Assembly: GCA_951406725.2 (NCBI GenBank)
Contig: OX597823.1
Location: 52,762,001-52,826,000 of the forward strand
Length of the DNA: 64,000 nucleotides
DNA from: Octopus vulgaris
Taxonomy: Eukaryota
Reading direction: 5' to 3'
Shown: positions 1-12,878 of the stretch, in pieces
Position numbering within the stretch: position 1 is the stretch's first letter
Layout: every line of letters begins with the position of its first letter
Made by a program: the position numbers and the translations under genes
Notes under the pieces: generated by a model
What the model saw: the letters and a program-made list of their open reading frames with translations, nothing else
The model's database searches: none
Told to the model about the DNA's origin: nothing

Positions 1-1430
1 AACATTAGTGAGGATTACTAAGTAATTGCTATAAATGTGATACTCATAACCATTTTAATTAATCTAGTAATTTTTAGTACCGTAAGCTACAAAGACTAGG
101 GACAGTTTATACTGCTGGAGGTTATTAGTTGTAAAAGAAATGACAGAGATTACGTCCTGTCCTTGATGGCTTCAATGATGAGGACCAGTGAGTTTAGTGA
201 TGTTCATAATGAGAGATTGGCAGCGAGATCATGATGATTCCTGGTAGTGGCATTGACAGAAGATATGATTACAAACATGATGGTAGGAGGTAGAAAAATG
301 TCCTAAGAATATTTTGAAAGATCTGTCTGAAACTATAGAACACTTGATTGCATTTTGATTACTCTATGTAATCAGCATAAACAGTGCTATGCATGATGAA
401 GCACTGGCATCATGTTTTATTATCATTCTACCTTAACAGATTTCCAAAGACTGCACTCAACCAAGAAATAGCAAGTTGTGTTTGAAAAGACATTGGTTAC
501 AGAAAATAGGCTACAAACAATTCAATCTCCTCGTCTCTTTTCATATTTTAATAAATTGTTATTTTCCTTGTCAGGATAAAAGTAGAGAATAAGAATTGAG
601 ATATTTAATATGTAAATCAGGATAAAACTGGCTGGAAAGATGTAAACTACAAAATCCGAACAACAAAACAAGATTTCTCATGAGGTTTATCTTATTTACA
701 ATTCAAAGAAATAACTGTCTCTTTTGGCAAATAAAATTTAGTGAATGAATCATGTGTGTCTCTGTGTGTACATCTGTGTGTATCTATGTGTATGGGTATA
801 TATATCAAGTGTGAATGTGCATATGTATATTTGTGTATGTGTGTTTGTGTGTGTGTGTAAGTGTGTGTGTAAGTGTGTGTGTGTGTGTGTGTTTGTGCGT
901 GCATACAAATATCAAAAGGCTATGAGTAATATTGTTTGCTATCCGTATATTTTAAAATAGTTACACGTCTACTGAATCAGTTAAATCAATAACTAGAAAA
1001 TATTACTCTTTCTAAATGTTTAACATTAATCCTAGGTTCAGCAAAGTCTACATTTTTAGACAAATTTAAAATGGATGTGTAGATAAATAGTTCAGAAAGC
1101 TTAGTAAATATAACTAAAACATATAGATCGAAAAAGCAAACCCATTTGTTTTGTTTGCCATGTATGTTCAACTATATCTGAAAGTAAATTTATAAACAAC
1201 TGGTATAGCTGGATTTTTCAAGAATATGGATTCTCTTCCTACACATAAATAAACACAGACAATAAAAGTCCTGTATTTGTTCTGTTCTCTTCTGTTTCTT
1301 TACTGTTTATTAATCTATTCATTTTAATATTTTGAAATTTTACAGCTACGTCTGCAGAGAATTAAGTGTTCTATACTTGTAGATGACTTAGTAAAGCATA
1401 AGAATGTGCACGTGTGTTTGTGTGTTTATG

Positions 1431-1486
<56 letters not shown>

Positions 1487-1537
1487 TATTATATTACACA
1501 CACACAGTGTGTGTGTATAGTTACATATGTATATACA

Positions 1538-1573
<36 letters not shown>

Positions 1574-1633
1574 CATAAGTATATGTGTGTATACATATGC
1601 ATATATATATATATATGTATGCATATATGTATG

Positions 1634-1664
<31 letters not shown>

Positions 1665-1779
1665 ATGTATGTAATATATATATATTTAGTTGTAATAGTG
1701 AAGACAAACTGAACAGTGATATTTCAGAATGATTTAATATGTGCATTTCAGGGTTGTAAATTATATAAGAAATACATAT

Positions 1780-1855
1780 TTTAACTGATGATGACCTTAC
1801 ACAATGGATGCATTTCCTATTATATATCATGTAAACCAGAAACGTGTGTAATAAA
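1780..1855 (+). ncRNA. Degenerate minimal type-I hammerhead-like motif
   Basis: CTGATGA (1785-1791), imperfect stem II (ttaca/tgtaa), GAAA (1839-1842), CGTGTG-TA, weak AT-rich stem I; follows (TA)n tracts. Confidence 0.4.
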
Positions 1856-2170
1856 TGATTTCAAAATATAACCAGTTTCGTATGAGTTTATTACGACAAC
1901 TAATACGACTGGATGATAGTACAAACTAACCAGTCTTGACTCCACTTATGCAGATACTCTAACAATGATTTGGAGTAGGTTGTTATACTTGACTTGAGTA
2001 AAAAATTCTGGCATCGTGCAATACAAAATAGTACACACACACACACACACGCATATATACATATATTTATGTGTGTACATACATATATGCATAGTCAATT
2101 CAAGTAAAAGAAGAATAAAATTAACAATAACAGGCAACCAGAGCAGAGGACACTCAGTAAAAAGAGAGAA

Positions 2171-2206
2171 CTTTTGATGTTTCAAGTATAGCTCTTTGTC
2201 AGAAAG
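2171..2206 (-). ncRNA. Degenerate minimal hammerhead motif (Penelope-like element terminus)
   Basis: Minus strand reads cttt-CTGACAA-a-gagc-tat-actt-GAAAC-ATC-aaaag; same layout as 50583-50617. Confidence 0.45.
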
Positions 2207-2264
2207 GTGAAAAGGAATAGTCCAAAGAAAGAAAAGAAATCACCAACAGCTTGTGTGTAATATA

Positions 2265-3020
2265 CAGGGGTTGGACAAATAATGGAAACACCTTAAAATT
2301 TCAAACAAATTTATTTTAATATGAGGTAGGACCACTTTTGGCAGTAATTACAGCTTGAATTCCATGAGGTATGGGCTCGTAAAAAATTTGAATTGTTTCC
2401 AGAGGAATTTTCATCCATTCTTCAGCTAAAACAGTCTCTTGTTCTTGTAGTGATGATGGTGGAAGATATCGACTCCTTACTTGTTTTTTTAAAATGCACC
2501 ATAAATATTCAATAATATTGAAATCTGAGGACTGTGGTGACTAGATAACATGTTCAACTTCACTAGGATGTTCTTCGTGCCATTCAATAACAACTTTTGG
2601 TGTGTGAATTGATGCATTATCAACCTGAAAGATTGCGTTACCCTCCGGAAACAGTTCCACAATCATAGGATGAATTTGATCAGATACAATGCTTAGATAG
2701 TCTTGACTATTAATTCTGCCATGAAGGGAAACCATTGGGCCAGCAGATTTCCATGACATAGCCCCCCCTCCCCCCGACCATCACAGATCCTCCTCCATGT
2801 TTAACAGTTGGAAGAAGGTAGTCTAGGTCAAATGCTTCTTTTGGCTGTCTCCACGCGTGTACTCGGCCAGTGGTCAGAATTAAGGTAAAGGATGACTCGT
2901 CCAAGAAAATAACATTCTTTCACTGCTTTAGGGACCAATTCCATGGGTTCTTACTCCACTCTAAACACTTTGCAACATTTGTTTTCAAAAGAAGTGGTTT
3001 TCTGATTGCAGCCCTCCCAT
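2265..3020 (-). mobile_element. Tc1-family DNA transposon remnant (frameshifted DDE transposase, one TIR)
   Basis: TA|CAGGGGTTGGACAAATAATGGAAACACC terminus; minus-strand peptides DESSF..GRVHAWRQPKEAF..PTVKHGGGSVMV and FQVDNASIH, typical of Tc1 catalytic domains. Confidence 0.9.
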
Positions 3021-3079
3021 GGTTGGCATTAGGAGGGGCATCCAACTGTGAAAACATCACCAGATCAGATTGGAGAAAA

Positions 3080-3925
3080 TTCCGCCAAGGTCAACTTTGT
3101 CTTTCATCCTTTCAGGGTTGATAAATTAAGTACCAGTGAAACATTGGGGGTCAATGTAATTGACTAGTCCCCTCTACCACATTTCAGGCTTTGTGCCTAT
3201 AGTAGAAAAAAAGAAATGTTAGTACACCAGACAAAATGCTTTGTGACATTTTGTCTGTTTTTATGTTCTGAGTTCAAATTCTGCTGACGTTGATTTTACT
3301 TTTCATCCTTTTGGGGGTCGATGAAATAAGTATCAGATGAGCACTGGGAGTTGATGTAATCAACTAGCCCACTCCCAGAAAATTTCAGGCCTTGTGCCTA
3401 TAGTAAAAGGGATAATTAATTCATTCTAAGACAGAAGTGTTAGTATATCAGACAAAATGCTTAGCAGTATTTTGTCCTTCCTTATAGTTTGAGTTCAAAT
3501 TCTGCCAAAGGCAACTTTGCTTTTTATTCTTTCAGGGTTAATAAAGTGAGTACCAGTTGCATACTGGGATTTATCTAATCGACTGGCCCCCTCCCCAGGC
3601 CTTGTGCATAGAGTAGAAAAGAATATCATCTATGTAGCTAAAGATGGTGAGCTGGCAGAATCGTTAACATGCCAGGTGAAATGCTTAGCGGCATTTTGTC
3701 TGTCTCAATGTTCTGAGTTCAAATTCCGCATTGGTCAACTTTGCCTTTCTTCCTTTCGGGGTCGATAAACTAAGTACCAGTTGCATACTAGGGTTAATCT
3801 AATCAACTGGCCTCCTCCCCTGAAATTTTGGGCCTTGTGCCTAGAGTAGAAAAGAATAAAGTAAGTACTAGTCAAATACTGGGGCCAAAGTAATCGACTT
3901 GCCCCTCACCTCAAAATTTGAAACT
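3080..3925 (+). mobile_element. Head-to-tail array of about 5 copies/fragments of tRNA-derived SINE family A
   Basis: Repeated gttctgagttcaaattc (B box) and gactttgcctttcatcctttcggggtcgataaattaagtaccag core, tail ggccttgtgcctagagtagaaaagaat; most complete copy 3641-3856. Confidence 0.85.
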
Positions 3926-3954
3926 ACTATTAATCTACACTATTAATACAAAAT

Positions 3955-3973
3955 GATAATAATAATAGTAATG

Positions 3974-4045
<72 letters not shown>

Positions 4046-4090
4046 GAAATAATAATAGTAGAAATAATAATAATTATTATTATTATTATA
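3955..4090. repeat. (AAT)n/(ATT)n microsatellite
   Basis: Directly visible. Confidence 0.95.
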
Positions 4091-4339
4091 TTGGGTAGGT
4101 GCATAATTATTGCAGCCTCTTTTCAAAAAATTTAATTCAACAAAAACAATTACAATATTTAACAATAACATCTTTAAATGACGGTCTGATCGTCTGCCAA
4201 GCAAATGGGAAGCAGTAATTGAAGTAGATGGTGAATATGTTCGGGAATAATCATTTAAAGATGTTTTTGTTACATGTTGTTATTGTTTTTGTTGAATAAA
4301 ATTTGTTGAAAAAAAGCCGCAATAATTATGCACCAACCC

Positions 4340-4341
<2 letters not shown>
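4091..4341 (+). mobile_element. Mariner-derived MITE with ~90 bp TIRs and transposase C-terminal remnant
   Basis: TA|TTGGGTAGGTGCATAATTATTGC...GCAATAATTATGCACCAACCCAA|TA; centre encodes DRLPSKWEAVIEVDGEYVRE*, matching the mariner LP.RW..V....GEY end motif. Confidence 0.88.
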
Positions 4342-4392
<51 letters not shown>

Positions 4393-5903
4393 GAATAATA
4401 ATAGAAATAATAATGATAATAATAATAATTATTATTATTATACAGTTCTCTTGTATACTGTATTACTTCTGGATGTAGTTACAGTAGATTGTGCAGTGGG
4501 ATATGAACTGTCAACTGGTTTGACATAATAGTGCTATAGGAGAGAGAATGAAAATATGGGTTTAAAATTTTGGCACAAGGCCAGCAATTTTGGGGGTGGG
4601 GTAAATTGATTACATTTACCCCAATATTAAGCTGGTACTTATTTTATCAACTCCAAAAGAATGAGAGGTAAAGTTGGTCTTGGTTGAATTTTGGCGCAAG
4701 TCCAGCAATTATGGGGATAAGTCAATTACACTGACCCCCAGGGCTAAGCTGGTACTTATTTTATTGACCCTGAAAAGATGAAAAGGAAAGTCAACATTAC
4801 TTTTCATCCTCCTGGAGTCAATCAATAAAAATAAGCACCTTCTGAGCACTGGGGTAGATGACAGTGAAAATGTTGTTGGCCAGAACAAGCAGTTTTTGAG
4901 ATAATGCAAGAGAGAGTGAGATTATAGCAATATAGCCTTATATCTCCCTAACATGATTGTAAAGGTTTGAAGATGTTAACAATGGCTTCACTGTTTTCGA
5001 CTAGGCATATATCCTTAGTTTAATGTCATCTCGTGGTTTTTTTCATGAGCCTTTAGTGTAGTACATGTTGTTGCAAGCAATAAATTGGATCACCTGGGAA
5101 AGACTCATTTGTCAGTAAATTTCATTGTCTCACAACACTAAAAATCTTCTGTATATTTCAAAATAAATATACCCCAGAATGAAATATAAAAGAGAGGTAT
5201 ATTGACGAGCAATGATAAAACAACACTACCACTTCTGCTGCCACTGCTGCTGTTGTTGTTGTTGTTGTTGTTAAGCAACAAGCTGGGTAAGGGTGATTAG
5301 GTGATGGTCTAGGGCTTAGGGGCCGGAGACCCAAGACCTTGGAAAAAAAAAACTTTTGTCGTCTCGTTGTAGTCGAGGGCGCTTTGTTGATGCCCTACAC
5401 CACTGGGAGGTGGCCCTCGAAGTCGCTGGAAATGGAGATCTCCAGGTCCAAATTCTTGAACAGCTACTGCTGCTGCTGGCCTTTCATTTAATTTTAAACA
5501 TAGGGAGATATATGGTTATGTAGATAAGAAGTTTGTTTTTAGACACTGCTTGAAAAAAAAATAATAGGTGCATATCCTAAGATGACTTAGAAATATGAAC
5601 TGAGCTTGATAGATTGGCTAAACTGAGTGAGCTCAATGACAGTCTGATCACTGAAATAAGTAAAAGGCTAGCCAAGAGTTGCCAGAAACACAAGTCTGCC
5701 CAAACTTAGTGATTTACAACACCTGGTATTTTGAAATTTGGTGGTGTTATGAGAGAACCTTTATTTAGTTACTTGATTTGGTATAAACAGCAGCTAAGTT
5801 TCCTTAAATTACAATTACTGTCAGTTTTCTCTTCAATTAGGAGTGCTAGTGTTGCAAACAAGCAATACACATGTAATGAGTGTTTATGCTTGATAACTTT
5901 TGC

Positions 5904-5937
<34 letters not shown>

Positions 5938-5939
5938 TG

Positions 5940-6232
5940 TTCCTTCTCAAGCCACACCTGGCTCATAGGGCTAGTTTCCCGGGGTTTCCTTGGCATATAG
6001 GTTCCCCACCTGGATGGGACACCAGTCCGTCACAGGTGAGCTGCAAGATACAGGAGGAAAGAGTGAGAGAAAGTTGTGGTGAAAGAGTCACCAGAAGTTC
6101 GCCATTGCCTTCTGCTGGAGCCGCATAGAGCTTAGGAGTTTCACTCTTAAAAAACACACACATCACCCGGTCTGAGATTCGACCCGCAATCCCTCGACCA
6201 TGAGTCCACTGCTCTAATCACTAGGCCATGTG
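5940..6232 (-). mobile_element. tRNA-derived SINE family C
   Basis: Minus-strand tRNA-like head (tggcctagtgattag...ggttcgaatctcag); body shared with 19370-19600, 29780-30168, 60338-60643. Confidence 0.8.
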
Positions 6233-6312
6233 CCTGCACACACACACATATATATGTATATATATATATATATTTAAAAAAGGAGATGTGGAACACGAGT
6301 TGTGATATATAA

Positions 6313-6630
6313 AAAAAGGAAATGAAGAAAATGCTGACAAAATAATTTAAGTAAGGGAGAGTGTATTTAATTAGGTGAAAGTTCTTTTTACCGGTTGCGC
6401 ATTTGTTATGCTTATCAAAAGATATTTTGAGTGAGATAGAGTTCCTTTCTGGTTGATTTTTTTCTCTTATCTCATAAGAGAAAAAAATCAACCAGAAAGG
6501 AACTCTATCTCACTCAAAATATCTTTTGATAAGCATAACAAATGCGCAACCGGTAAAAAGAACTTTCACCTAATTAAATACACTCTCCCTTACTTAAATT
6601 ATTTTGTCAGCATTTTCTTCATTTCCTTTT

Positions 6631-6631
<1 letters not shown>
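6313..6631. repeat. Perfect fold-back palindrome (158 bp arms, 3 nt loop) between (TA)n tracts, carrying a degenerate hammerhead in each arm
   Basis: Arms 6313-6470 and 6474-6631 are reverse complements (ORF track gives the same peptide on both strands); 6522-6561 reads tctt-TTGATAA-gcat-aacaa-atgc-GCAA-CCGG-TA-aaaaga. Confidence 0.95.
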
Positions 6632-6661
<30 letters not shown>

Positions 6662-6724
6662 GTATGTGTATATGTTTATTTATATATATGGCAATTAGGT
6701 GCAGGCATAGCTATTTGTGACAGA

Positions 6725-6972
6725 TGAAATACTGCTAAGCCTTTCGTCCAGCATGCTAATGATTCTTTTCTACTCTAGGCACAAGGCACAAAATTTTCTG
6801 GGAGGGTGTCAGTCGATTAGATCAACCCCAGTACACAACTTGTAGTTAATTTATCAACACTGAAAGAATGAAAGGCAAAGTCGACCTTAGCAGAATTTGA
6901 ACTCAGAACATAATGACGAATGAAACACCGCTAAGCATTTCGTGTGCTAAATATTCTGCCAGCTCACCACCT
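6725..6972 (-). mobile_element. SINE family A
   Basis: Reverse complement of the family A core and head. Confidence 0.8.
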
Positions 6973-7271
6973 TAAAACACATTAATAATTGTAGTAATGT
7001 AATAGATGTCCACACTTGAGATGAAATCCCACAAGGTTAAGTTCATCTCCCAGTTCCAAATTCTCTTTTGTGATCAATTCATTTAGCTAATATTCTAAAA
7101 CTGAGATAATAGCATAAACTTTTCTTTTTCCCTTAAAAGTCTTAGGCTGTTGCTATTACTGTTTAATTCAACATCAATTCTAAGCTAGCAAAAGGTTTAT
7201 GCTGTTGTGGTCATTTAATTCATCATCATCTCTGATTTAGCAAATCTATTCTTAATATTTCTCTTAATTAA

Positions 7272-7492
7272 TCCTTTAACATTCAGATTACTCTCTCAAA
7301 TGTTATGCTTATCTATTCATGTTGTTTTGAATTAATCCATGCATTATCTTGTAGCTTTGTGATTAAAATGATGTGGTTGTTTGTTTTTAGAATGACATTG
7401 TAGAGTAGGTGTGAGAGGGTGGATCTTGTCAGTTCTAATATAAAACAGGCAGAATATTTGGGCCGGATATGGCCAGATTAAATGCTAAATGG
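7272..7492. mobile_element. TTAA-flanked MITE (piggyBac-type ends)
   Basis: TTAA|TCCTTTAACATT...AATGCTAAATGG|TTAA; degenerate CCCTTTAGCATT TIRs. Confidence 0.7.
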
Positions 7493-7899
7493 TTAAGACA
7501 GCAAGATGGTAGAATAGTTACTGTGCTAGAGAAAATGCTCTTCTGACTATACATTCTGAGTTCAAACGCTACCGGGATAGAATGTTGGCTTTTATCCATT
7601 AGGGGTTGATAATTTAAAAACCAATTAAGTACTGGGTTTGATATAACTGACTAACCACCCACTCCTTGAAATTGCTGGCCTTGTGCAAAAGTTTGAAACC
7701 AATATTTCCCTCACTTTCTTTTCTTTTTTTTTTGCTTTCATTATGTTAATTTCTATTGGCTGTTTTTCAGCTGTAGCAATCTTAAATGATTGAATGAAGC
7801 AAACTTAAATAAATTATGCTAATAAGGTTCAATAAGACCAAAACATATTTAAGTTGTTTCCCTTGTTTGCAAACAATGATCAAATTTTCTTTTAAGCAT

Positions 7900-8297
7900 T
7901 CTTTTATTCTTTTACTTGTTTCAATAATTTGACTGCAGCCATGCTGGAACACTGCCTTAAAGGGTTTTTTGTCAAAGAAATCAACCCAAGGACTTACTTT
8001 TTGTAAGCCTAGCACTCATTCTATTAGTCTATTTTGCTGATCTGCTAATTTACAGGGACATAAACACACCAAAATCAGTGATGATGGGGGACAAACACAG
8101 ACACATAAATATATACATATACAAATACATATGCATACAGCCGGCATCTTTCGGTTTCTGTCTACCAAATCCACTTACAAGGCTTTGGTTGGCCCAAGGC
8201 TATAGTAAAAGACATTTTCCCATGGTGCCACACAGTGGGACTGAACCCAGAACCATGTGGTTTGGAAGCAAGCCTCTTACCACACAGCCACATCTAT
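7900..8297 (-). mobile_element. tRNA-derived SINE family B (internal microsatellite)
   Basis: Reverse complement of the 25126-25530 element. Confidence 0.8.
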
Positions 8298-9139
8298 GAA
8301 TTAATTTTATAAAATTATTTCTTAATTTCTTGAAATTGCCTTCCTTTTTATTCAAGCCACTCACTAACAATGATTGCTAGTTTTTTTTTATGTACATATT
8401 CCAAATAAGAGAGAAGATTTAATTCAGAATATTTTTGCATATGCTTTTGCATAATTTTTATTTTTCTAGAGGGGCAGTCATGGCTGTGCATGTAAGAATC
8501 TTGCTTTGCAACCATATGGTCATGGGTTTAGTCCCCTTCTTGAGCACCACATTAGACAAGTTTATTCTACTATACTGTAGTAGCCCCAGGCTGTCCAATG
8601 CCTTGTGGAAGAATTTGGTAGAAAGAAATTGTGTGAAAGCCCATCATATGTGTTGCACTGTGTGTGTGTGTGTGTATGTGTGTGTGTGCACACGCACTCG
8701 TGTATGTTTGTCTATGTATGTGTGTCTATGTATGTGTGTATGTATGTGTATATGTGTGTATATGTGTGTGAATGTGTATATGTGTGTGTGCATGTGATGA
8801 GCCTGTAAGTGTGTATTTCTCCAAAGACCATTTGACAACTGGTGTTGTTGGATTTACATCCTTTCAATAAAAGAAATCAATAAAAACAAGACTTAAAAAT
8901 AAAAATAGGACTTTAAAAAATTACTGGGTTGACTAAATTCTTCATGGCCCCAGAAAGATGAAAGATAAAGTTGACCTTGGTGGAATTTGAGCTCGTAACA
9001 TAAAAGGCTGGAGGTAAATACAGCAAATCACTTTCTCTGATATTCCAAAAATTCTACCAATTACTACGTAACATCTCCCATTCTTATGAATCTGAGGATT
9101 TGGGCCTCGCTAGCCAGCTCCTATGGTCCTATACTGGCA

Positions 9140-9600
9140 AGAGTTTGTATAATAGTTTCAACATTTGGCATAAGGCCACTCCCTTTGAAGGAGAGAATAA
9201 GTCAATTACATCGACCCCAGGGCTCAAATGGTACTTATTTTATCAACCATGAAAGGATGAAAGGCAAAGTCAACTTTGGCAGAATTTGAACTCACAACAT
9301 AAAGATGGATGTAATGTCACTAATCATTTTGCCCAGCATGCTAACAATTCTGCCAGCTCACTGCCTAATTCTAAATTATTAACAATGGTTTCAAATTTTA
9401 GCACAAAGCCATTCAGTTTGGAGGAGGGGTTAAGTTGATTACATCGAACCCAGGATTCAAATGGTACTTATTTTTTCGACCCTTGAAAGGATGAAAGGCA
9501 GAGTCGATCTTGGCAGAATTTGAACTCAAAACATACAGATAGACAAAGTGTGTCACTAGCATTCTGCCCAGTATGTTATTGATTCCATCTGCTTGCTGCC
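9140..9600 (-). mobile_element. Two tandem SINE family A copies
   Basis: Two successive gaaaggatgaaaggcaaagtc...gaatttgaactca cores. Confidence 0.8.
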
Positions 9601-9694
9601 TGATGAGTTCATATAATAAAAGGCAGAAGTGTTGGGATTATTAACTTATTATAAATTTACTTAACTTCAAGTCATTTATCTATATTTATTTTCT

Positions 9695-10112
9695 TTTATC
9701 TTTTACTTATTTCAGTCATTAGACTGCAGCCATGCTAGGACACTGTCCTGAAAGGTTTTATTGAACAAATCAACCCATGTACTTATTTCTTTTTAAAGCT
9801 TGGTACTTATTCTATCAGTCTTTTTTTGCCAAATCGCTAATTTATGGGGTCATAAATACACCAACACCGGTTGTCAAGCAGTGGTAGGGGACTAACACAA
9901 ACACAAAGACATACACACACATATACACACACACACAAACACACACATATAATAGGCTTCTTTCAGCTTCTCTCTACCAAATCCATTCACAAGACTTTGG
10001 TCAGCTTAAGGCCATAGTAGAAGACATTTGTCGAAGGTGTCATGCAGTGGAACTGAACCCAAAACCATGTGGCTGCAAAACAAGCTTCTTACAATACTGT
10101 CAGGTCTGCACC
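9695..10112 (-). mobile_element. SINE family B
   Basis: Matches family B consensus. Confidence 0.8.
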
Positions 10113-11029
10113 TATTTTCTTTATTTTCAAAATTCATTTATTTATATTTTGAATTATTTCTTGTAATTATTCATACAATATAACTAAGATGCTGGTTAAG
10201 ACCAAAACCAAATATTTTTGTAATGAAACTACTTCATCATTTACACTAAGGTAAGCATTGAAATGTTTACTGGTGTAGCCAAAGCTAGAGTAATTTCTAG
10301 CCATGATGGTAATAGCTCTGACATCTATCTACAAGGTGTTTGCTCATGTGTACAATAAGTCTTTTGCTTTGTCAGCTTGTCTTCCCTGACGAAAATATAT
10401 TAATGTTCTGGCAATTATTTCTCTGTCTATCAGAAGTCTAAGCAGCATGATTTCTCACTCCACTCCTAATCACAGTGAAGTGAAAGTCCCTCCTCAACAC
10501 AGCTTTCTTTTCGTTTACAAACCCTATAACATTTGAGAGAAGGAGAGAGAGAGAGAGAAAGAGAAAGCGATAGAGTCTGTGTGTAAGAAGGAGAGAGAGA
10601 GACAGAGAGACAGACAGAGAGTGAGAGAGAGAGAGAGAGGCCAAGAGAGTCTTGATCAAGATATTTTCTGTCTGTTTGTGTCCCTCACCTGTAATCATTT
10701 TTCACTATGGCAACCTTCCAAAATATGTTATGAAAGTAAAAGATGACGAACTAAAAGGAAAGGGGGTAAAACGGGGAGATATATCATGTAAATAAGGGCT
10801 CGTCATCTCCTTGCTGGTGCCCCCCCAAAACCCCCAACCCCAACCACCAGTCCCTCCCTCTCCCCCTCTCCTGTCCATCATTCTCTCTGTCTAAATGATG
10901 ATTAGCTTGCTTATGTTTGTTATTACAGCTGCAGGGAGTTGGTACCATGAAAGCACTTGATAATGTTGTTTTTGCTGCAGTTGATGGTCATTGGTGGCAA
11001 AGGTGGTATTAGGGGTGGAGTGATTGTAG

Positions 11030-11040
11030 CAGAAGTAGTG

Positions 11041-11096
<56 letters not shown>

Positions 11097-11371
11097 TATT
11101 GTTATTATCATCATCATCATGGCAGAGATTGGGTTGGTGATGGTGATAGTGATGGTGAAAATGGTAATGTCGATCATGTAAGTGACAACAGTGATAATGA
11201 TTATGAAGGCAGTGATTAGTAATGATGATGATGATGGTGGTGGTAGTGGTGGTGGTGGTGGTGGTGGTGGTGTTGGTGGTGGTGGTGGTGGTTGTGGTGG
11301 TGGTGGTGTTGGGAATGGTGGTTTTGGTGGTGGTGGTGGTGGTGGTGGTGGTGGTGGTGGTGGTGGTGGTG

Positions 11372-11402
<31 letters not shown>

Positions 11403-11680
11403 CAGCAGAGGTGGCAGCAGTAGTGGTGGCAGCAGCAGTGAGGAGGAGGAGGAATGAAATTGATGACAAAGGTAATGTTGAAAATACTGGTGATGGTGGT
11501 GGTGGTGGTGGGTGACAGTACTATTTCCATCACTACTGCAGCTACAGATGATGGTGATGATGATGATGATGAAGTAGGACTTACCATTTTAAGGACATAT
11601 ATCACATTATAGCAAAGTAGCATCACAATGCAACAACTATATTTTTCCCACCAACATCACCACCACCACCACCACCACTG
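11030..11680. repeat. Compound trinucleotide microsatellite (GTA/GGT/GAT/GTT/GCA)
   Basis: Directly visible; source of the poly-T/H/V/G ORFs. Confidence 0.9.
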
Positions 11681-12650
11681 ACACCTCACTGTCCTACGTA
11701 CACTCCACATGCACCATATTGGCAAGAATATAATAATTAAACTTACAGCTAGATTGAGGAACAAAGATACTGTTTGATAGTATGCCCAGTTATGCTACAA
11801 TAATTACAATAATCCGTAGATTTTACTTGATGTCAAAAGAATTATTTCCAGTTTAGTGAACTTCAGAAAACCAACCTTGCTACTTGCAAAGCTAAATAGC
11901 ATTCTTAAATATGGTGAGAAAGGTGGAATAATGAATTAAATTTTTGTTTCAAATCTCTTTCTGAGCTATTAACTGTGAGAAATGTAAACCATTCTAAAGG
12001 ATCACTATCAAACAGTTGATAGATAATGCTGCAAAAATCTAATAAACTATATTGTTCCACGAACATTGATTTATTAGTGGGACTCTATCATCAATAATCA
12101 TAACATTGGTATTTTCCTTCAGTGGCAAAGGTCAACACTACCTTATCCTTAACCAGATACACTGACAATCATCATTCCAAAAGATTAACATTTACCATTT
12201 TCTTCACAGATTTTCCATAGCTCAGCATTGCCTCATTTATCAATAATTACCAATTTACTATGTTTTCAGGTATCCATTGGCAGCGCCTGTGCTGTGGCAA
12301 GCCTCAGCTCAGTTGTTTTTCATGCAAACAGAATGGAATATTCTAAAATATATTGTTATTGAAATTCATCTATTATTCATTCATATATGTGTGCAGGTGT
12401 AAGGTTCAGTTATGGATATATGTTATATATTACATTTAATTATTCATGCATACAAATCATAAAGATATAGACAAATAATAAATCTAAAAATACCTAATGT
12501 ATATAAAGAGACACACAGTCATCATTTCTTTATCTCTTTCTCTCATATATATAAATTAATGTTTGTTTTTATGTTCAGTTAAAAGTAAAACAATTTTAAG
12601 TTAATTTGAAAGGTTAGCCTAAATTTTTGCAGAATACAGATTTATTATTC

Positions 12651-12784
12651 TTAAACAAGAATATTATTGATAGTGACTTCGAAGTGCCAGCTAGTGAAGC
12701 CATGGTTGGCCAGTTAAACCACCATATAATGATGGTTTAACTAGCCAAAACTTCAAAGTCTCTGTCAATAATATTCTTGTTTAA
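12651..12784. repeat. Short imperfect fold-back element next to (TA)n
   Basis: ttaaacaagaatattattgatagtgacttcgaag pairs with cttcaaagtctctgtcaataatattcttgtttaa; inner stem tggccagttaaacc/ggtttaactagcca. Confidence 0.85.
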
Positions 12785-12796
12785 TACATAAATACA

Positions 12797-12872
<76 letters not shown>

Positions 12873-12878
<6 letters not shown>

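Noticed and set aside
6147-6698. Pair of identical ORFs on opposite strands
   Set aside because: A by-product of the perfect palindrome, not coding.
9598-9630. CTGATGAG motif after a SINE
   Set aside because: No stem II or GAAA partner.
10891-11626. Poly-Thr/His/Gln ORFs resembling a mucin or transcription factor
   Set aside because: Compound trinucleotide repeats open in most frames on both strands; no domain or splice support.
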